Source: Candidatus Aminicenantales bacterium
GTDB taxonomy: Bacteria > Acidobacteriota > Aminicenantia > Aminicenantales > UBA4085
DNA length: 64,000 nt
NCBI GenBank assembly: GCA_049515535.1
Contig: JBEKTZ010000001.1
Location: forward strand, 80,599-144,598
Direction: 5' to 3'
Shown piece after piece: positions 36,356 to 44,668 of this stretch. A program made the translations under genes and the position numbers. Below the pieces are notes generated by a model, which did not search any database, was not told the origin of the DNA, and saw only the letters and a list, made by a program, of their open reading frames with translations. Position 1 is the first letter of the stretch. Every line of letters starts with the position of its first letter.

Positions 36356-36634
36356 TTAGGTGAAGAAGCCCTTTTTATTCTTTTTTGAAAGTTCTTCCGT
36401 GAGATCGTCAATCTTAGATGAAAGGCTATAAAGTGCTTCTGATATTCTTTGATTTTGATAAGACGATTTCTCAATAAAGAGAAAATATTGATCAATTTTT
36501 CTTAATAATTTCATTAGGTAAAATAGGAAAAAAATAGAAACTGTTGTTTGTACAACGATAAATACTAATAATACTAAGTTTAGAGTTGACATATTTTCCC
36601 TCGCAATTAGCTCTAATATATTGGAAAAAATCAA
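36356..36634 (-). CDS. small membrane protein (one TM helix), upstream partner of the KAP NTPase
   Basis: 92-aa ORF with a hydrophobic helix (LNLVLLVFIVVQTTVSIFFLFYL). Separated from the KAP gene by 5 bp. AT-rich. Confidence 0.45.
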   Translation of the reverse strand: MIFSNILELIARENMSTLNLVLLVFIVVQTTVSIFFLFYLMKLLRKIDQYFLFIEKSSYQNQRISEALYSLSSKIDDLTEELSKKNKKGFFT

Positions 36635-36734
36635 ACCCTATTTTAGCTTCTTCCCCTTTCAAAATAAGTATACTAAATTCCTTTTTCTGCTTCAATGAAA
36701 ATTATGCTGTTTGGGATGATCGCTCTTTCTAACC

Positions 36735-37019
36735 TTGCTGCGGATCGGTTCTGAAGATCTTGCATACGATCCCTACGTGCTCTCGGGCATCAACGACCTC
36801 CGGATCGATGCTGCCGACAACGTCTATGCCCTGGATCGTGAGGAATTCATGATCAAGGTCTTCTCGCCGACGGGCAAGTACATTAAAACCTATAAGGAAT
36901 TTGATTTTTCTGCGGCCTGGCGAATTCCCGCTCCGACCGATGAATCTCCCAGTCTTCCGATCCCCAAGCTGACCCGCTTCCAAAATTCTAGGAGACCAAA
37001 GACAGGGCTTTTTAGCTAA
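36735..37019 (+). pseudogene. NHL-repeat beta-propeller gene fragment (remnant)
   Basis: NHL-repeat-like segment GINDLRIDAADNVYALDREEFMIKVFSPTGKYI. No start or signal context. Only about 90 aa. An alternative minus-strand ORF 36729..37127 exists. Confidence 0.25.
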
Positions 37020-37513
37020 ATTCGTGACAAAATCTGATTGAAAATGATGGCTAGGGTTATCGTCTTGGAATGAAACAGAAAAGAGAAAAAGGGGTTGGTA
37101 GGGTACCCTTACCCCCCCTCTCGCCAAAAGCCCGTCCTAAATGCGCTACGACGTCCTGGGTGAGCGTCACGACCATTCCTTATGCGTTCTCAGAAGGGTC
37201 AGAACATAATAATCGATGCGCTGGAGGGCAAGCGCCGGCATTCGCCCTGATCTCCGGCCAGATATCAATCAGAGTTTTTATATGAAAAATTTCCCGAAAA
37301 TTCACAGCAAAATCTCGAGTATGGTCATCTGAACAGCCCGGCAGAATTCCCATAGGGGGGTGCCCCCCCGGCCCTCGCTTCTTTCTGCCTGCCTGGCCAA
37401 GCTTGAAACGCCCAATTTTCAACGCTCACGGACTCAATTGGGGAGGTCGCTCCCTTGCGCAATAGAAGGACGCCGGTGATCAGCCGGCGCAATAGTAGAG
37501 CGAGGCAAACGCC

Positions 37514-38020
37514 ATGAGGAATCAACAAACGGAGCGCGGGATCATGAAGCTCCCCTTCACCAAGAAGCCCGTGAAAATGCCCGTTTTCGAGCGGCCGGAT
37601 TACCATGACGGCGCGATGTTATGCAGCTCCGGCGCTGTCTTCGAGGCGTTCAAGAGCTACGCGAAGGCGGATCGGGAATTTTTTGTCGTCGTGTATCTGG
37701 ACCCGAAAAACCGGGCGATTGAAGTTATTGAGGCAAACGAGGGCACGATTGATAGCGCGGCCGTGTATCCGCGCGAGATCATCCGGGGCGCGCTCATCCT
37801 GGGGGCGACGGCGATCGTCTGCTTTCACAATCACCCGAGCGGCGACCCGGAACCTAGCCTATGCGACAAGGAAATTACTAGAGAAATCTTGTTCGCCTGC
37901 AAAATCATGGGAATCCGGTTTTTAGATCATGTCGTCATCGGCAACAATTGCTATTACAGCTTCGCGGACAAGGGCCTCATTGAAGACTACGATCTTCGTT
38001 TTCTTTCGTTGAACCGATAA
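37514..38020 (+). CDS. radC: RadC-like JAB/MPN (JAMM) domain protein
   Basis: JAMM motif HNHPSGDPEPSLCD. Characteristic RadC length and context (mobile-element cargo). Confidence 0.85.
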   Translation: MRNQQTERGIMKLPFTKKPVKMPVFERPDYHDGAMLCSSGAVFEAFKSYAKADREFFVVVYLDPKNRAIEVIEANEGTIDSAAVYPREIIRGALILGATAIVCFHNHPSGDPEPSLCDKEITREILFACKIMGIRFLDHVVIGNNCYYSFADKGLIEDYDLRFLSLNR

Positions 38021-38032
38021 GGAGGCTATGTC

Positions 38033-38338
38033 ATGCCGCAATTCAAGGCGACAGAGGACGGCGGCTTAGAGATCGACGGCCGGAAGGTCCTTAAGGCCTG
38101 GGAATCGTTCTCGGGCTGGTATTTGTTCGGCTTCGAGATCGCCGAGACGCGGACGCCGGGGAAGGACGGCGGCGGGTCGATGATCGACGGCCGCGAGGTC
38201 CCGGACGTGATATGGTTCGGGCTCGTCCAGGGATTCGAGGAAGAGCTAGGCTATTTCAGCGAAGCCGAATTGAAAGCAGCCGCTCCGCGCGTCTGGCAGA
38301 TCAAGCCCCGGGACCTGCCCTATGCCGGGCGAAAATAG
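38033..38338 (+). CDS. hypothetical protein (co-oriented with radC, 12-bp spacing)
   Basis: 101-aa ORF with good composition. No motif. Confidence 0.45.
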   Translation: MPQFKATEDGGLEIDGRKVLKAWESFSGWYLFGFEIAETRTPGKDGGGSMIDGREVPDVIWFGLVQGFEEELGYFSEAELKAAAPRVWQIKPRDLPYAGRK

Positions 38339-38470
38339 GACATAAATTTGAAAAGCTGAGGCAATCCCGTGTCACACCGGCGTCACAGAATTTGCCTAAA
38401 ATCGCTTAATCTTGGCTATTGGTGCTTAAAAGACAAAGCAAGAAAAATGAAGAAATATCAGGGGAAAATA

Positions 38471-38533
38471 GAGAAACAAGGCTGGTAGCGCTACGGGGAT
38501 TCGAACCCCGGTTTGATGGCTGAGAACCAACCG
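38471..38533. repeat. attR-like direct repeat (overlaps the 3' half of the intact tRNA-Glu)
   Basis: Matches 12181-12243 with 1 mismatch. Confidence 0.75.
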
Positions 38534-38557
38534 TCCTAACCCCTAGACGATAGCGCC
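38483..38557 (-). tRNA. tRNA-Glu (anticodon CUC), 75 nt with encoded CCA
   Basis: Manually folded cloverleaf. Acceptor GGCGCTA/TAGCGCT (G1-U72). D-arm GTCT-AGGGGTTA-GGAC. Anticodon arm GTTGG-TTCTCAG-CCATC (one U-U mismatch). 4-nt variable loop, typical of tRNA-Glu. T-arm CGGGG-TTCGAAT-CCCCG. Discriminator A plus CCA. Confidence 0.7.
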
Positions 38558-38697
38558 GCGATGCAAGAAAATAGCAGAACCACCCTGAAAAGTCAACGGT
38601 AATCGGCGCAAAAAAAGGATTGGCGACAATCCCTAGGCCAGGGATGTCTGCGTCAGTGCGATTTCGGAAAAAAATCGGATTCGGGCGGGGGCCCGGT

Positions 38698-39147
38698 TCA
38701 TTTCCGCTTTTCGCGAACCGCGAAAACCGGGCACGGGGCGTGTCGGATGACCTTTTCGGCCACGGAACCCAGAACCAGATGGTGCCATCCCGTATTCCCT
38801 TGCGTGGCAATGACGATCAGGTCCATTTTCCCTTCTTCCGCGATGCGCACGATTTCCTTCGCCGCGCTGCCGTGGCCGACCACGGTCTCGGCCTTGATGC
38901 TCGCGGGCACGCGGGTCTTCACGATCTCATGAAGCTTGTCGATGGATTCTTTATGGACGATGCGCTCGTATTCCGGCACTTCGAAAGAAATGTTCGGATT
39001 CGACGGGTTGGGCGGCAGTTCGTTTATGACATGCACAATGGAAAGTTTGGCATTGAACAGCTCGGCCAGTTCGATGGCATATCCCAGCCCCTGCAAGGAA
39101 GGCTCGCTAAAATCCGTCGGGCAAAGAATTTTTTTAATCGCCAGCAT
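38698..39147 (-). CDS. universal stress protein (UspA family)
   Basis: 149 aa. ATP-binding motif G-x2-G-x9-G(S/T) region (GSVAEKVIRHAPCPVFAV). Typical UspA layout. Confidence 0.85.
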   Translation of the reverse strand: MLAIKKILCPTDFSEPSLQGLGYAIELAELFNAKLSIVHVINELPPNPSNPNISFEVPEYERIVHKESIDKLHEIVKTRVPASIKAETVVGHGSAAKEIVRIAEEGKMDLIVIATQGNTGWHHLVLGSVAEKVIRHAPCPVFAVREKRK

Positions 39148-39228
39148 GTTGGATTCCTTTCCTGAGCAATATTTTCGGTCTTTCCGCGCAAGAACTCTAT
39201 CACAGAAAAAAAACCAAAGTCAACCTTC

Positions 39229-39275
39229 GACTCCCCGGCATGAATGCCGGGGCTTATTCGGGGTTAACCCTGAGC
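39229..39275. repeat. REP/MITE-like ~47-bp element (internal hairpin CCCCGGcatgaatgCCGGGG), copy 1
   Basis: About 80% identical to the reverse complement of 40166-40213. A second GC hairpin (CCCCGCCtcgaaaGGCGGGG) lies at 39288-39308. Confidence 0.5.
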
Positions 39276-39364
39276 CTCGCTTCTCGTCCCCGCCTCGAAA
39301 GGCGGGGCTTAGCAGAGGCGAACGGGTCAAATTAGCGGAAGTCTCCATGCGGCGGATGCCGGGA

Positions 39365-39392
39365 TTGACAGCCGGGCGGGATCGGATACAAT
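39365..39392 (+). promoter_or_regulatory. near-consensus sigma70 promoter (TTGACA-N16-TACAAT) for the HAD hydrolase gene
   Basis: TTGACA at 39365-39370. TACAAT at 39387-39392. ATG at 39411. Confidence 0.45.
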
Positions 39393-39410
39393 GCCTTGCG
39401 GAGCCGTGAC

Positions 39411-40067
39411 ATGACCTTCAAAGCCGTTGTTTTCGACCTGGACGGAACGCTGCTCGACACGATCGAGGATCTGACCGATTCGATGAACGCGGCGCTGGCG
39501 CGGATGGGATACCCAGGCAAGACCATCGAGGAGAGCAAAAAACTCGTCGGAGACGGGCTGAAAACGTTCGTCCGGCGTGCGCTGCCCGCCGAAGCGGTCG
39601 ATGATCCCGTGGCGATCACTCGGCTGAAAGACCTCATGCGCGCCGAGTACAGCGTCAGGGATGCCGTGAAGACCAGGCTCTACGAGGGCATCCCCGAACT
39701 TCTCGACGCCTTGAACCGGCGGGAGATCCCCATGGCCGTGCTTTCGAACAAGCCCCACGACGCGACGCTCGCCGTCATGGCGAAATTTTTTTCCCGGTGG
39801 CGTTTCCAAGTCATCTACGGCGCCCGTGACGGCGTTCCCGTGAAACCCGATCCGTCCGCCGCGCTGGAAATCGCCCGGAAGCTGGATATCGCGCCGGTCG
39901 AAATCGCTTACGTCGGAGACACGAACACTGATATGCTGACCGCGAACGCGGCCGGGATGTTCGCTATCGGCGCGCTCTGGGGTTTTCGCACCGCCGAGGA
40001 ATTGAGGGCGAACGGAGCGAAGGTCCTCATCGGCCAGCCGCTCGAATTGCTCCCTTTCTGTATGTGA
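39411..40067 (+). CDS. HAD-IA family hydrolase (phosphoglycolate phosphatase-like)
   Basis: Motif I FDLDGTLLDT directly after the start. Motif III/IV (GD(T)NTDM). The ORF-track start at 39396 is a TTG, so ATG at 39411 is used. Confidence 0.85.
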   Translation: MTFKAVVFDLDGTLLDTIEDLTDSMNAALARMGYPGKTIEESKKLVGDGLKTFVRRALPAEAVDDPVAITRLKDLMRAEYSVRDAVKTRLYEGIPELLDALNRREIPMAVLSNKPHDATLAVMAKFFSRWRFQVIYGARDGVPVKPDPSAALEIARKLDIAPVEIAYVGDTNTDMLTANAAGMFAIGALWGFRTAEELRANGAKVLIGQPLELLPFCM

Positions 40068-40165
40068 GAAGACTGTGATGATATGGGCGATAAGGCTCGC
40101 CCGGCTTTTTTATATGTTCGACGGCGCAAAACCCCGATTTTTAAATCGGGGTAAAAGCGCCGCTC

Positions 40166-40213
40166 AGTATTAACCCTGAATATACCCCGGGCTTCAGCCC
40201 GGGGAGTCGAATG
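40166..40213. repeat. REP/MITE-like element, inverted copy 2 (CCCCGGGcttcagCCCGGGG)
   Basis: Inverted relative to 39229-39275. Together they bracket the HAD gene. Abuts the stop of the FucI-like gene. Confidence 0.5.
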
Positions 40214-40216
40214 GGT

Positions 40217-41959
40217 TTATTTCCGCCCGGCGAGCCGCATTTTGGCCGTCGTTTCTCCACCGTTCAAGCGCCAGAGCATGGGCTGAGGCCGGTCCAATCC
40301 CTCCGTGTATTCCGGCGTATTTTCCCACGTTCGGTTCAGGATCAGACAGTAATCCGAGAAATGCTGCCACCGGCGCCTCGGAAGCCCGATCGCCATGTGG
40401 ATATGGTTCGCGGGCATGCCCGTTTTGGCATAGCCCGCCGGGATATGGTCGAACGTCAGGAACGTGTGCGGCCACGAATAATCGGACGCATGGCATACCC
40501 GCTCCGCCAGGACGGGCGGAAGCTCCTGGGTTTCGGCTTCGTCCTGGATCATAGTGAACATCCCGGAAAGGTCGGAATAAGCGAGCCGCCCGACCTGCCC
40601 CTTGATTCCCTTGGGCGAGATAAAGCCGGTCGAAAAGCCGCCGCCCGGGAAATAATGTTCCGCGGCTTTGAATAAATAGGGTTTTTCCGCATAATCCAGT
40701 GAGGCGCTTCCGGAGTTGTTGCCGTCGATAAAGCCCCGCTGCATCCAGGGCTTGGTCTTGTACGCGCCGGCCGTCAGGCCGAGTTTCTTGGCGTTTCTTT
40801 CGATTTCCCAGGGCTCATAGACCTTCCGGAAATCCATGAACAGCGTCGGCGCCCCGCCGGACAAATAGTTATAAGCCAGCATGGTCAGCAGCCCCTGGAT
40901 ATCGTTCTCCGTGGCGAAGGGAATGACGGCCTTCCTGCCCGTATGATCCTCGCTGGAATTGAAGAGCGATTCGGCGATGTCGGCCGTCGTCAGCGGGATC
41001 CCGCGCCGGTCCGATCCCCAGGCCAGCTGGTTCGTCCATCCGCCGCCGATCGCGTTGATGTCGCGCATGTAGTCCCTGATGATCAGGTATAAGGCCAGGC
41101 CCTCGTCCAATTTTTTCCTGTCCCCGGCGGTTAATGCCGGGGGGCGGATCCGGCCGCTCGTGTAAACCGGAAGCTCGCGCCTCACGATGTCTTCGGTGTT
41201 GTTGAAAATCCGGCTTTTGAACCTGACGTTGACGACCCAATCGCGAAGGGCTTCGAGCTCCTCCGGATCGTAGCCTCCCTTTTTCGCGAGCATGTCGGCG
41301 AAGATCTTCATGGACTCGCGCGTGGACTCGAGGCCGAAGAAGTGGCGCGCCGCGTGGACATGGTTAAGGGCCGTCTCCATTTGCATGGAATCCGTATCGA
41401 CGGCGAGATACCGCCGGCCCCGGAGCGCGACCACGGTCAGGACGGCCTGGGCCAGGTCGATGATCTCGTCCTTGGTCGCTTCGTCGTAATCGGGATGGAG
41501 TCCCGTTTCGGGCATGGTCCCGATGACCATCGGGCTCAGGCGCCCCGTCTGGGCGTAACCGCCGACCAGCGCGTCGATGCCGACGACGCCGGGCTTGGGG
41601 GCGTTGTTTCCGCCGACGCAGGCGATCGGCAGATCCGAAGAAAAATGGGCCGTCACAGCCATCGCCGATTTCCCCGGGAAAAACCACGTATCAGGCACGA
41701 TGAACAAGGCATCGACGCAGGCGCCTTTCAATTCCAGGGCGGCCGCGTCCGCCGTTTTTTCGCTGTCGACAAGGCCGGAGGCGAAAAAGACGTTGGGATG
41801 AGTTCCGTCCGGGAGACGCAGCCTTTCGGACAGCAGTCCGGCCGTCGCCGTCCCGATATTATAAGCCCGCTTCCTGGACTCCTCATCGATCCGCGGGTCG
41901 CAGGGAACAAAAACACCCAGGGTATTGACGCCGGATCTCACTTTTTTGACGAACGGCAT
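40217..41959 (-). CDS. L-fucose/L-arabinose isomerase family protein (FucI-like)
   Basis: About 580 aa. N-terminal VKKVRSGVNTLGVFVPCDPRIDE and overall layout resemble the FucI/AraA-like sugar isomerase family. Family-level call only. Confidence 0.6.
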   Translation of the reverse strand: MPFVKKVRSGVNTLGVFVPCDPRIDEESRKRAYNIGTATAGLLSERLRLPDGTHPNVFFASGLVDSEKTADAAALELKGACVDALFIVPDTWFFPGKSAMAVTAHFSSDLPIACVGGNNAPKPGVVGIDALVGGYAQTGRLSPMVIGTMPETGLHPDYDEATKDEIIDLAQAVLTVVALRGRRYLAVDTDSMQMETALNHVHAARHFFGLESTRESMKIFADMLAKKGGYDPEELEALRDWVVNVRFKSRIFNNTEDIVRRELPVYTSGRIRPPALTAGDRKKLDEGLALYLIIRDYMRDINAIGGGWTNQLAWGSDRRGIPLTTADIAESLFNSSEDHTGRKAVIPFATENDIQGLLTMLAYNYLSGGAPTLFMDFRKVYEPWEIERNAKKLGLTAGAYKTKPWMQRGFIDGNNSGSASLDYAEKPYLFKAAEHYFPGGGFSTGFISPKGIKGQVGRLAYSDLSGMFTMIQDEAETQELPPVLAERVCHASDYSWPHTFLTFDHIPAGYAKTGMPANHIHMAIGLPRRRWQHFSDYCLILNRTWENTPEYTEGLDRPQPMLWRLNGGETTAKMRLAGRK

Positions 41960-41993
41960 GCGGCCTCCTTAGCGGCGAAGAACGAGCCGTGTT

Positions 41994-43328
41994 TCAGAAT
42001 TTCTTGATCACGTTCATGGACGCCCCGATCTCGGCCGCGCCGGATAATACCACTTTGTGGTTGACGGTGAAAGTCCCGGCGCTGGTCCTGGTGTAGACGC
42101 CGGAATATTTCTTTTTCGCGAGACTGCTGCACGGATCCGAGAACGTGTTCGTCTCGTTCAGGACCTGCACGCCGTCAACCGATACGATGTCCTGGCGCTT
42201 TTTCCCGTCACCGGCGCCGATCGTCACGTCCATATTCAGAGAGATGCTGCCGACCGTTCCCCCGGTCACCGAAAGCGTATACGTGACGTGGTCCTCCCAA
42301 TTGTTGCCTTCGTTCGGCTGGGGATACGCGTCCGGCGTGAACGATGCTGTCCCCGGAGCTCCGAGCCATTCCACGTTGACCTGGAATTCCCAATAGGTCG
42401 TGAAGCAGGTGCTGCTGTAGGTCCCGCTGCTTCCTTCAGATTTTTTCTTGAATGGACCGTTTTTGGAGAAGAATAGGTACCAGATGAGACCGCTGACGAC
42501 CGCCGATATCAGGAGACTTTTCAGGATCGTGCCCATGACGCTGCTTCCCCGCGATCTCGTCCCCTCCGGAGCGCTCGTCGCCCCGGCCATGGCGACGCCG
42601 GCGCCCGGGCATTCCGTCGCATAATAATTCAGTCTTTCAAGATCGACGCCGGCGATGGTCTTCCCTTGTCCGAGAATGGACTTGGCCAGGCAAAAATATT
42701 TGATCGCCGCGCTTCTCGATCCCAGAGCGTCGTAAACGGCCCCGGCCAGGAGGTACGTCTCCCCTTTGAAAGCAGTCCGGCCGGAGACGGATTCCAGGTC
42801 CGCAAGCAAAGTCTCCATCAAGCCCTTGGCGTACTCGAGGTTTCCCGAGAGGTAAGCGTCTTTCCCTTTGTCGAATTTGGCGTGAAGCGTGTCCATATCC
42901 GCCGCGACCTCGGGTACCGGCTGATTTAGTCCTCCGCCGAACGTTTGTTCTAAAAGAGGCAGCCCGGTCAGGCTGATGCCTTCGATGCTCGGTTCCGCTC
43001 CCCGTCCGAGAAGCCCGGCGGATTTAGCGTAAGAATTTTTCGCCCTGCCGTTTTCCCCGAGCTTCTCCAAGCTTGCGCCAAGCAATAGGTAGACATGTCC
43101 CATGAAGTCCCTGTTCTCGGGCCGGCTGTCGTCCACGACTTTCACGATCGCTTCAAGGTCCCCGACGGATGACCTGAAGTCTCCATTCGCATAATCCTGC
43201 CGTGCTCTGGCGAAATTCGCCAGCGGCGTGTCCTGCTGGGAAAACGCGAAATGGGCTTCCGCGGCGAGCCAAACGCAGAGAACGACCGCTAGAAATTTAC
43301 AAAATGGCCATTTCTTTATAGATGTCAT
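41994..43328 (-). CDS. secreted hypothetical protein (TPR-like N-terminal region, beta-rich C-terminus)
   Basis: Signal peptide. No catalytic motif. Confidence 0.5.
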   Translation of the reverse strand: MTSIKKWPFCKFLAVVLCVWLAAEAHFAFSQQDTPLANFARARQDYANGDFRSSVGDLEAIVKVVDDSRPENRDFMGHVYLLLGASLEKLGENGRAKNSYAKSAGLLGRGAEPSIEGISLTGLPLLEQTFGGGLNQPVPEVAADMDTLHAKFDKGKDAYLSGNLEYAKGLMETLLADLESVSGRTAFKGETYLLAGAVYDALGSRSAAIKYFCLAKSILGQGKTIAGVDLERLNYYATECPGAGVAMAGATSAPEGTRSRGSSVMGTILKSLLISAVVSGLIWYLFFSKNGPFKKKSEGSSGTYSSTCFTTYWEFQVNVEWLGAPGTASFTPDAYPQPNEGNNWEDHVTYTLSVTGGTVGSISLNMDVTIGAGDGKKRQDIVSVDGVQVLNETNTFSDPCSSLAKKKYSGVYTRTSAGTFTVNHKVVLSGAAEIGASMNVIKKF

Positions 43329-43424
43329 CCTTGGCTTCCTCCCTCATAAAACATAAGGAATTGCCCGAACGATGTCAAGACATATGATACGAAAGAAGAT
43401 ACGCCCCGCGTCCGGCCCCTAATT

Positions 43425-43988
43425 TTGACATCGCCGTTCTTCTATGTTATTTCTTCTCCCGGAACGCCCGGAACCGACATGCTCAATTCTCTCCGCAGGA
43501 TGAACGAAATCGCGGGGATTTTAGCGGTTTTTCTCTGCCTTTTTTTGGCCTCGTCCACGCCGGCCGCCGCTTTCGAACAAGAACGGCCGCCCGCCGAAAA
43601 GTCCCTCGGTCCCCTGGAAAAATCCCTGCTTCTTCCCGGCTGGGGACAATTCTCCGAGAAAAGATATATCGAGGGCGCCGCCTTCCTCGCCGCGGAAGCG
43701 GTTTGTCTTTATGGAGTCTTCGCCAACGACCATCTCGGCAATCTGAACTACGATCTTTATAAATCGGCCGCGAGCACGGACGACGCCGTTCGTTTCCGGC
43801 AGCTCGTGGAAAAATACGACGGGCGGCGGAATCGTTTTCTTCTGGCCGCGGCCGCGGTCTGGGCGGCGAACCTCGTCGACATCTACCTCATCGTCAAAAA
43901 CAAAGGAAAAACAGACAAGGGATTTTCCTTCAGGATCGAACGTGGCGGACATCAGAAAATATCATTTACGGCTGCTTGCCGTTTTTAG
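43425..43988 (+). CDS. DUF5683-like small envelope protein
   Basis: Signal/TM segment. LLPGWGQ motif typical of DUF5683. Confidence 0.45.
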   Translation: MTSPFFYVISSPGTPGTDMLNSLRRMNEIAGILAVFLCLFLASSTPAAAFEQERPPAEKSLGPLEKSLLLPGWGQFSEKRYIEGAAFLAAEAVCLYGVFANDHLGNLNYDLYKSAASTDDAVRFRQLVEKYDGRRNRFLLAAAAVWAANLVDIYLIVKNKGKTDKGFSFRIERGGHQKISFTAACRF

Positions 43989-44667
43989 CCTGATCCTCTC
44001 GGCCGGCTGCAAGGACCGGTTGTTCGATAATCCCTTCGATCCCCAGGCCGGCGAAATCGTTTTCGAAATCATGAACACCGTTTACACGCCGGCCATCGCT
44101 CCGCGGGGCATGACTTGGGACGGCTCGACGCTGTGGAACGTGGACGGCTCCGGCGACACGCTCTTGAGCCTCAACGCCTCGAATGGGACTCTCGTCCGGA
44201 CCTTGAAATCGCCCTTGGTCAACACAACCGATATCGCTTATGACGGCCTGGATCTCTGGGTCTGCGGCGAATCCGACGTGAACGTCTACAGGATCAACGT
44301 GTTCAGCGGCGACGTCCAAAAGAGGCTGAACCTTCAGCGAGGATCGTTTACGGCCATGGAATACGGCTTGGGCTTCTTGTGGCTGGCCGACGCCCAATCC
44401 AATAAGATCCTCAAGGTCAACGCGGAAACGGCCGAAATCCTCGCCTCTTTTCCAAACCCCGGCGTTCGGGCCAGCGGCCTGGCCTTCGACGGAAGCCATT
44501 TTTGGATTTCCGACCCAAGAACCCTGTCGATCTATGAAACCACACTTGACGGACAAGTCCTCAGGAAATATCTCTCACCCGGTCAATCTCCTCAGGGATT
44601 GGCCTTCGACGGGCGGTTTTTGTGGAACGTGGACGCCAACCAAAAACTCTATCAATTGAGATTTTGA
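43942..44667 (+). CDS. beta-propeller lipoprotein (glutaminyl-cyclase-like repeats)
   Basis: Lipobox LILSAGC. Repeated GLAFDG..LW..D motifs. Overlaps the preceding ORF by 47 nt, so the start is uncertain. Confidence 0.45.
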   Translation: MADIRKYHLRLLAVFSLILSAGCKDRLFDNPFDPQAGEIVFEIMNTVYTPAIAPRGMTWDGSTLWNVDGSGDTLLSLNASNGTLVRTLKSPLVNTTDIAYDGLDLWVCGESDVNVYRINVFSGDVQKRLNLQRGSFTAMEYGLGFLWLADAQSNKILKVNAETAEILASFPNPGVRASGLAFDGSHFWISDPRTLSIYETTLDGQVLRKYLSPGQSPQGLAFDGRFLWNVDANQKLYQLRF

Positions 44668-44668
44668 A

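Larger units (their letters stand above)
12181..38557. mobile_element. ~26.4-kb tRNA-Glu-integrated genomic island (integrase, primase-helicase, defense cargo, decayed IS3)
   Basis: Bounded by the direct repeats at 12181-12243 and 38471-38533. Tyrosine integrase adjacent to attL. Composition mosaic with AT-rich blocks. Cargo consists of defense-type, phage-type and IS-type genes. Flanks are housekeeping-like genes. Confidence 0.7.
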
